From positions 2,528,001 to 2,592,000 of the forward strand of contig OY760142.1 of assembly GCA_963663225.1 (NCBI GenBank): DNA of 64,000 nucleotides. Reading direction: 5' to 3'. Below the pieces are notes generated by a model that was not told where the DNA came from, ran no database searches, and saw only the letters and a program-made list of their open reading frames with translations. The first letter of the stretch is position 1; each line of letters starts with the position of its first letter. The position numbers and the translations under genes were made by a program. Of the stretch, positions 58,106 through 64,000 are shown piece after piece. The stretch comes from Nitrospirota bacterium (GTDB lineage: Bacteria > Nitrospirota > UBA9217).

Positions 58106-59125
58106 ATGGGACTTGTCTTTATACGGGTAATATTTCTTTTTCTCGGTACACTGCTGGGCTATTATGTGTCCACACAGCTTTACGATCAGGTCAGCAAAGT
58201 AGAAGGGATGATAATCGGGTTTGGCGTCGCTGTTCTGATTATTCTTACGGAATTTCTGTTTCGCAGAGTTTCATTAAAAGTTATTATCGGTGGCATCTTG
58301 GGTTTTATTCTTGGTTTAATGTCCGCGAATATTATCGCTGCTCCGCTCAAACTGGTACCGCTTGAAAGAAGCATCGTAAATTTCATTCTTCTTCTCATGA
58401 ACAGCTTCTTCGGATACATCGGTATTACGATCGGCATCCGTGAAGGGGAGCGATTTAACCCATCAAATATTAAAAAGCTCTTCAGAAGTGGTTCTGAAGA
58501 AAATATCAAAATCATGGACACAAGCGTCATCATCGACGGCAGGATCGCCGATGTATGTGAAACAGAATTTCTGGATGGGACCATAATCATACCCCAGTTT
58601 ATTCTGCATGAACTCCAGCATATCGCCGACTCCTCGGATCCCCTCAAACGGGCCCGCGGCAGGCGCGGCCTCGACATTCTGCATCGAATTCAGAAAATGA
58701 CGCATATGGAAGTCCGTATTGTCGAAGAAGACTTCCCGAAAATACGCGAAGTTGATGCAAAGCTCATTGCTCTTGCAAAGAAAATTGGCGCTAAGGTTAT
58801 TACGAATGATTTTAACCTGAACAAAGTTGCTGAATTACAAGGCGTGAAAGTGCTGAATATCAACGATCTTTCGAATGCGGTGAAGCCGGTAGCCCTCCCG
58901 GGTGAAAGCATGCGCGTGTTTGTGCTGAAGGAAGGCAAAGAAACCGGACAGGGTGTCGCCTACCTGGATGACGGGACTATGATCGTTGTTGAGAATGGAA
59001 GAAAATATATCAACAAGAACATTGATGTGGCGGTGACGAGCGTCCTTCAGACCGCGGCAGGAAGAATGATTTTTACCAAGCTTAAAGAAGATATGGAACA
59101 CGAACTGCAAGCGACTGAACGTTAA
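58106..59125 (+). CDS. PIN/TRAM domain membrane protein (YacL-like)
   Basis: Four TM helices, [45 protein letters not shown]. Confidence 0.92.
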   Translation: MGLVFIRVIFLFLGTLLGYYVSTQLYDQVSKVEGMIIGFGVAVLIILTEFLFRRVSLKVIIGGILGFILGLMSANIIAAPLKLVPLERSIVNFILLLMNSFFGYIGITIGIREGERFNPSNIKKLFRSGSEENIKIMDTSVIIDGRIADVCETEFLDGTIIIPQFILHELQHIADSSDPLKRARGRRGLDILHRIQKMTHMEVRIVEEDFPKIREVDAKLIALAKKIGAKVITNDFNLNKVAELQGVKVLNINDLSNAVKPVALPGESMRVFVLKEGKETGQGVAYLDDGTMIVVENGRKYINKNIDVAVTSVLQTAAGRMIFTKLKEDMEHELQATER

Positions 59126-59201
59126 GGCTGTCTGCAATGAGTATGCGTTCATCCATCTTTATTTACTACTATCACTGCATAATATTTTTTCAGGAGGTTC
59201 G

Positions 59202-59945
59202 ATGTCAGGTCATTCGAAATGGGCTACAACAAAGCACAAAAAAGCCGCGATAGACGCAAAACGCGGCAAAATATTCACCAAGATTACAAAAGAAATAACC
59301 GTTGCTGCGAAACTCGGCGGAGGGGATCCGAATGGAAATCCGCGGCTGAGAACGGCTGTGGCCAAGGCAAAAGCGGTGAGCATGCCCGCAGACAATATCA
59401 AGCGCGCGATTCAAAAAGGCACCGGAGAGTTGCCCGGCGTGTCATATGAAGAAATCACTTTTGAAGGATATGGGCCGGGAGGGGTGGCGGTCTTGGTAGA
59501 ATCAATGACCGATAACCGAAACAGAACCGTCTCCGAAATCCGGCATATTTTCGGAAAGTCCGGCGGCAATATGGGGGAAGCCGGCTGCGTCTCATGGATG
59601 TTTCAAAAGAAAGGTTATATTGTGGTGGGACGTACAAAAGTTGATGAAGATAATCTGATGTCGTTGGCACTTGATGCCGGTGCAGAAGACATGCAGACTG
59701 AGGATGCAAATTTTGTAATCACGACGCCACCTGCAGATTTGGAAAAAGTGAAAAAAGCGATTGAAGATGCGGGTATTGCCCTGGAAGTGGCAGAGGTCAC
59801 TATGGTTCCTCAGACATACGTTAAACTAGATGGCAAGGAAGCCCAGCAAATGCTGCGTCTTATGGAATCACTCGAAGATAACGATGATGTCCAAAACGTC
59901 TACGCGAATTTTGATATACCGGATGAAATCATGAACGCCGAATAG
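59202..59945 (+). CDS. yebC: YebC/PmpR family protein
   Basis: MSGHSKW, NPRLR, EGYGPGG, TDNRNRT, DDVQNVY. Confidence 0.96.
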   Translation: MSGHSKWATTKHKKAAIDAKRGKIFTKITKEITVAAKLGGGDPNGNPRLRTAVAKAKAVSMPADNIKRAIQKGTGELPGVSYEEITFEGYGPGGVAVLVESMTDNRNRTVSEIRHIFGKSGGNMGEAGCVSWMFQKKGYIVVGRTKVDEDNLMSLALDAGAEDMQTEDANFVITTPPADLEKVKKAIEDAGIALEVAEVTMVPQTYVKLDGKEAQQMLRLMESLEDNDDVQNVYANFDIPDEIMNAE

Positions 59946-60077
59946 CGCATCATCTGTAATAATCGTTCTTGCTATCGGATAACATTCTAAAACTTCAAAG
60001 ATAAAGACCGCAGTTTCATTGCGGCAGGGCCGCTTTTCTTAAATTTTCCTTGTTTGGTGTTTCATTACGGGGGATGT

Positions 60078-60629
60078 ATGAAAGTTCTGGGGATTGATCC
60101 AGGTACGCTCACGAGCGGATACGGGGTTGTTGCGGAAGAAGATCATAAGCTGTTTCATGTTGCGTCCGGTGGAATCAGCCCCTCTGCGAAACAGCCGTTT
60201 CCTAAACGGCTCAAAAAAATTTACGATGAACTCACGAAGGTCATCGATCAGTATCGTCCCCACGTGATTGTTGTCGAAGATTTGTTTGTTTCCAAAAATA
60301 TAAAATCAGCCCTCAAACTTGGCCATTCGAGAGGCATTGCGCTTCTCGCAGCCGTGAACATGGGACTGCCCGTGTACGAGTATTCACCCCTGGAGGTTAA
60401 ACAGGCGGTGGTCGGGAATGGAAAAGCAGAAAAAAAACAAGTCCAGCTTATGGTGAAAACTTTGCTGGATCTCCCCAAAATCCCTTATCCTGCGGATGCC
60501 GCAGACGCATTGGCTGCGGCAATCTGCCATATCCACGCGTCCCGGCTTAAAGAAATGCTGAAAAACCCATCAGCATTGCGTCAGTCGAACAGGCCGGGTG
60601 CTTTTAGAACCACAGGCAGGATTAGATGA
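60078..60629 (+). CDS. ruvC: Holliday junction resolvase RuvC
   Basis: VLGIDPG, VEDLF, VKQAVVGNGKAEK, DAADALA. Confidence 0.96.
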   Translation: MKVLGIDPGTLTSGYGVVAEEDHKLFHVASGGISPSAKQPFPKRLKKIYDELTKVIDQYRPHVIVVEDLFVSKNIKSALKLGHSRGIALLAAVNMGLPVYEYSPLEVKQAVVGNGKAEKKQVQLMVKTLLDLPKIPYPADAADALAAAICHIHASRLKEMLKNPSALRQSNRPGAFRTTGRIR

Positions 60630-61225
60630 TTGCTTTGCTTACAGGCACGTTAAAACGCAAAGCCAAGGATTATCTGATTATAGATGTCGCTGGAGTCGGC
60701 TATCAGGTTTCTCTGCCGCTTTCAACCTTTTCATCCCTTCCTGAAGCCGGCGAGGAAATTACTCTCCATATTCATACCCACCTCCGTGAAGATTCACTGT
60801 CACTTTTCGGTTTTTTGACGGAAGCCGAAAAAGACATGTTTCTCTGTCTCCTGGAAGTGTCAGGTATCGGGCCCAAACTCGCATTGTCTGTTCTCTCCGG
60901 TTTTTCAGTCCACGACATTGCGCATGCGATAAAAAATTCAGATGATTCAAGACTCTGTACTATCTCAGGAATCGGCAAAAAAACAGCCGCCCGTATTGTC
61001 CTGGAATTGAAAGACAAGATAAAATTGCATGAGACACGGCCCGCTTCTCAGTCGGATGATTTGACCCGGTCGGGCGATATGGAAGATGCGGTGTCAGCAC
61101 TCGTAAATCTCGGATATAAAAAACAGGTTGCGGAAGACGCTCTCAGGCAAGTCAGCGATAAATATTCTCCTCTTACGCTGGAAGAACTCCTCAAAGAAGG
61201 TCTGAATATTTTAAAGCAAAGGTGA
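60626..61225 (+). CDS. ruvA: Holliday junction branch migration protein RuvA
   Basis: GVGY, REDSLSLFGF, SGIGPKLA, GIGKKTAARIVLELK, ALVNLGY. Confidence 0.96.
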   Translation: MIALLTGTLKRKAKDYLIIDVAGVGYQVSLPLSTFSSLPEAGEEITLHIHTHLREDSLSLFGFLTEAEKDMFLCLLEVSGIGPKLALSVLSGFSVHDIAHAIKNSDDSRLCTISGIGKKTAARIVLELKDKIKLHETRPASQSDDLTRSGDMEDAVSALVNLGYKKQVAEDALRQVSDKYSPLTLEELLKEGLNILKQR

Positions 61226-61298
61226 GGAAAACCCACAATCCGATAATTTGTGAGTTACTGAGACAACGCACTACTCTGCAAAAGGTTGATTTTATTCT

Positions 61299-62321
61299 AT
61301 GACAGAACGACTTGTAACACCTGAACAAAGCAATGATGATGACGGCCGTTTTGATAAAAGTCTCAGACCGGTGCGTTTTGAAGACTTCATCGGTCAGGAC
61401 AGAATCAAAGAAAATTTAAAGATATATATCGATGCGGCGAGAGGAAGAGGGGAGGCTCTTGATCATGTTTTGTTCTGCGGTCCTCCCGGTCTTGGCAAGA
61501 CCACGCTTGCAATAATAATCGCACATGAACTCGGTGTCGGCATAAAAACCACGTCCGGTCCTGTGCTGGAGCGTGCAGGAGATCTTGCCGCCATTTTGAC
61601 CAACCTTCAGGAAAGAGATGTTCTTTTTATTGATGAAATTCACAGGCTGAATCGGGTTGTCGAAGAAATTTTATACCCGGCCATGGAAGATTTTCAACTC
61701 GATATTATTATCGGTCAAGGACCGGGTGCGCGCTCGATCAAACTTGATTTGCCTCATTTTACCCTTGTCGGGGCCACGACAAGGACAGGCCTTCTTACCT
61801 CCCCGCTGAGAGACCGTTTTGGCGTTCTCGACAGGCTGAATTTTTATAATCACGAAGAATTGAGTGTTATCGTGCAGCGTTCCGCAGCATTATTGCAGGT
61901 TCCCATTGAACCGGGTGCCGCGCTGGAAATAGCCGGCCGATCGCGCGGTACGCCGCGCATTGCCAACAGGTTGCTGAGACGGGTTAGAGATTTTGCGCAA
62001 GTACAAAATGATGGCACGATCACGACTGAGCTTGTGGCACGAGCGATGGACCGCCTTGAAGTGGATGCACAAGGACTTGACCACATGGACCGCCGCTTGC
62101 TGCTTACTATTATTGACAAATATGAAGGAGGTCCGGTTGGGCTTGAAACTCTTGCAGCCGCCTTGAACGAGGAAAAAGACACCCTGGAAGATGTGTACGA
62201 ACCTTTTTTGATTCAAGAAGGATTTCTGGACCGCACTCCCCGTGGGAGGCAGGCAACACGCCGTGCCTACGAGTATTTAAAAAAAACAAAATCGACGACT
62301 ACCCAGGAAAGACTGCTGTAA
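61299..62321 (+). CDS. ruvB: Holliday junction DNA helicase RuvB
   Basis: [29 protein letters not shown]. Confidence 0.98.
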   Translation: MTERLVTPEQSNDDDGRFDKSLRPVRFEDFIGQDRIKENLKIYIDAARGRGEALDHVLFCGPPGLGKTTLAIIIAHELGVGIKTTSGPVLERAGDLAAILTNLQERDVLFIDEIHRLNRVVEEILYPAMEDFQLDIIIGQGPGARSIKLDLPHFTLVGATTRTGLLTSPLRDRFGVLDRLNFYNHEELSVIVQRSAALLQVPIEPGAALEIAGRSRGTPRIANRLLRRVRDFAQVQNDGTITTELVARAMDRLEVDAQGLDHMDRRLLLTIIDKYEGGPVGLETLAAALNEEKDTLEDVYEPFLIQEGFLDRTPRGRQATRRAYEYLKKTKSTTTQERLL

Positions 62322-62331
62322 CAGCAGATAG

Positions 62332-62376
62332 CGGACGGCGTTCGGTTTCTATTTCAGAATGATCGTCCGGTTTTTC
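62332..62376 (+). terminator. Possible hairpin/terminator after ruvB
   Basis: CGGACGG..GTTC / GAAT..TCGTCCG imperfect stem followed by TTTTT. Confidence 0.4.
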
Positions 62377-62404
62377 ATTGTTCCCGAAGGTTCTCCGCAA
62401 TTTT

Positions 62405-62941
62405 ATGAAAATATTATTCCACATGTGCTGCGCTCCTTGCGCAATCTATCCATATTCCCGACTGAAAGAAGAAGGTTTTGATGTTGCCGGTTTTTTTTAT
62501 AATCCAAATATACACCCTTATCAGGAGTATAGAAAACGGTTCGAAGCAATTAAGGAATTTGCCGTCCGCTTCGGGCTGGAGATGATATATCAGGATGAAT
62601 ATAACCTTGATTTCTTTTTACTTCAGATTACGGGTAAGGGGCCGCACCGATGCGAACACTGTTATCGATTAAGGCTTGCAGAAGCTGCGCGTGCCGCTAA
62701 AAAGTCAAATGTCACAGCTTTTACAACATCGCTTTTGTACAGCAAGTATCAGAAACACGATTTAATTGCCTCGCTCGGAAAAGAAATGGCAGCGGAACAC
62801 GGTGTCGAATTTTATTATGAGGATTTTCGGAGTGGTTGGCGAGAAGGAATTCTAGAATCCAAGGCCATGGGGCTTTACCGCCAGCAGTATTGCGGATGCA
62901 TATACAGCGAGCGAGACCGTTATGCTCCAAAGCCGCGTTAG
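62405..62941 (+). CDS. queH: Epoxyqueuosine reductase QueH
   Basis: HMCCAPC, FYNPNIHP..EY, RC..CY..RL, YRQQYCGC. Confidence 0.92.
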   Translation: MKILFHMCCAPCAIYPYSRLKEEGFDVAGFFYNPNIHPYQEYRKRFEAIKEFAVRFGLEMIYQDEYNLDFFLLQITGKGPHRCEHCYRLRLAEAARAAKKSNVTAFTTSLLYSKYQKHDLIASLGKEMAAEHGVEFYYEDFRSGWREGILESKAMGLYRQQYCGCIYSERDRYAPKPR

Positions 62942-62998
62942 GCGTAAAGATATTGTTACAAGATAAATTTTGTTAAACTAAATTTACTCCGTTCAACT

Positions 62999-64000
62999 AT
63001 GATACTTATACCCTTTTTGGTAAGAAACAAACTGCTGGTTCTCTCATGTGTTCTTTTTTTTGCAACATCGTCCGTTTCATCTGCCGAAAATATACGCATT
63101 GCGATTGCGGACAATCAAAAGTCAGTTACCCTTATCTCCGGCACCGGTTTCAAGGCTGATGGAGAACATTCGGAAATACGACAAAAAAAAATAACATTTT
63201 CTGTGAATTCATTAAACCACGCAGGGATACGCCTCTGTTCCCTGGATGGTTTTGTAAAAATAAATGGCAAGAACTATCGCGGTTGGATAGAGGTCAGGAA
63301 AAAGAAAAACGGGCGATTTCTTGTTGTCAATGAACTTGATATCGAAGACTACCTCAAGGGGGTTATTTCTGCCGAAGTGCCTTCCCACTGGCAGTTTGAA
63401 GCCCTCAAAGCCCAGGCCGTTGCCTCCCGGAGTTATGCACTCTATCAAAAAAGAGAATCAGGCAATCGTCCTTATCATATGCTTGCTTCTGAGATGAGCC
63501 AGGTATACAACGGTAGTTCTCATGAGCGGAAAAATGCAGTAAGAGCAGTGCAGGAAACTGACGGCCTTGTTCTTATGTACCGCGGACAGATTATACCGGC
63601 ATTTTATCACTCCAGCTGCGGCGGGCATACTGAAAATGCTGCTGAACTTTGGGGCATTGATGAACCCTATCTCAGAGGAGTCGACTGTGAATGCCAAAGG
63701 ATTTCACCCTATGGCTTATGGGAAAAACGCGTGGAAATGTCTAAACTGCTCACTGCCTTGAAGCGGCTTGGATACGGACTGCAGAGCATTACCAGCTTAC
63801 ATATTGGAGATATTACGCCGGCTGGCCGGGTAAAAGCAATTGCAGTACGTTCAGCAAATCACTCCGTTCTGGTCCCCGGAGAATCATTGCGAGGTGCACT
63901 GGGCAATACAGTCATCCCGAGTGTTTTTTTCGAGCTGGAAATAGCCGGTTATGAAATAATTTTTTCAGGCAGAGGCAGAGGACACGGCGTCGGTCTGTGC
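62999..64000 (+). CDS. SpoIID/LytB domain protein (3' end outside the window)
   Basis: Not in ORF track. Manual translation gives YRGWIEV, NELDIEDYLKGVISAE, EALKAQAVASRSYA, FYHSSCGGHTE, GHGVGLC; start codon uncertain. Confidence 0.88.
   Translation, partial: MILIPFLVRNKLLVLSCVLFFATSSVSSAENIRIAIADNQKSVTLISGTGFKADGEHSEIRQKKITFSVNSLNHAGIRLCSLDGFVKINGKNYRGWIEVRKKKNGRFLVVNELDIEDYLKGVISAEVPSHWQFEALKAQAVASRSYALYQKRESGNRPYHMLASEMSQVYNGSSHERKNAVRAVQETDGLVLMYRGQIIPAFYHSSCGGHTENAAELWGIDEPYLRGVDCECQRISPYGLWEKRVEMSKLLTALKRLGYGLQSITSLHIGDITPAGRVKAIAVRSANHSVLVPGESLRGALGNTVIPSVFFELEIAGYEIIFSGRGRGHGVGLC

Overview
64 kb of ordinary bacterial chromosome, about 65 CDS and one tRNA-Pro(GGG). I found no integrase, transposase, prophage or CRISPR array. 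Gene content and sequence style suggest an anaerobic or microaerophilic Gram-negative such as Nitrospirota (Thermodesulfovibrionia-like) or Desulfobacterota; this is inference only. Left to right: start of a nuo operon (nuoA, nuoB, truncated nuoC/CD), an octaheme nitrite reductase, ihfA-merR-tRNA-Pro, an accessory stretch (hemerythrin, cNMP-patatin, flavodoxin-like, MBL hydrolase, rubrerythrin-VIT1 fusion), thrC with a cystathionine gamma-synthase, an RNB nuclease, tatA and two tandem kup genes, rmuC, nadA, a GT9 heptosyltransferase, MFS-LOG-nitroreductase-ubiX, argS-tgt-yajC-secD-secF, a TPR lytic transglycosylase, two diguanylate cyclases, a flavoprotein disulfide reductase, a CooT-like gene, the yceD-rpmF-plsX-fab-rnc operon, bioA, degP, PIN-TRAM and yebC-ruvCAB-queH-spoIID. 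Two candidates stand out. (1) An acyl-CoA dehydrogenase, etfB and a ferredoxin-fused etfA (Bcd/CarCDE-like electron-bifurcating module) lie inside the fatty-acid synthesis operon between fabH and fabD, and the operon has no fabI/fabK; this may be an electron-bifurcating enoyl-ACP reductase. (2) An overlapping pair of plant-type threonine synthase and plant-type cystathionine gamma-synthase suggests a plastid-like O-phosphohomoserine branch point in a bacterium. All family calls come from motif recognition by eye; no searches were run.
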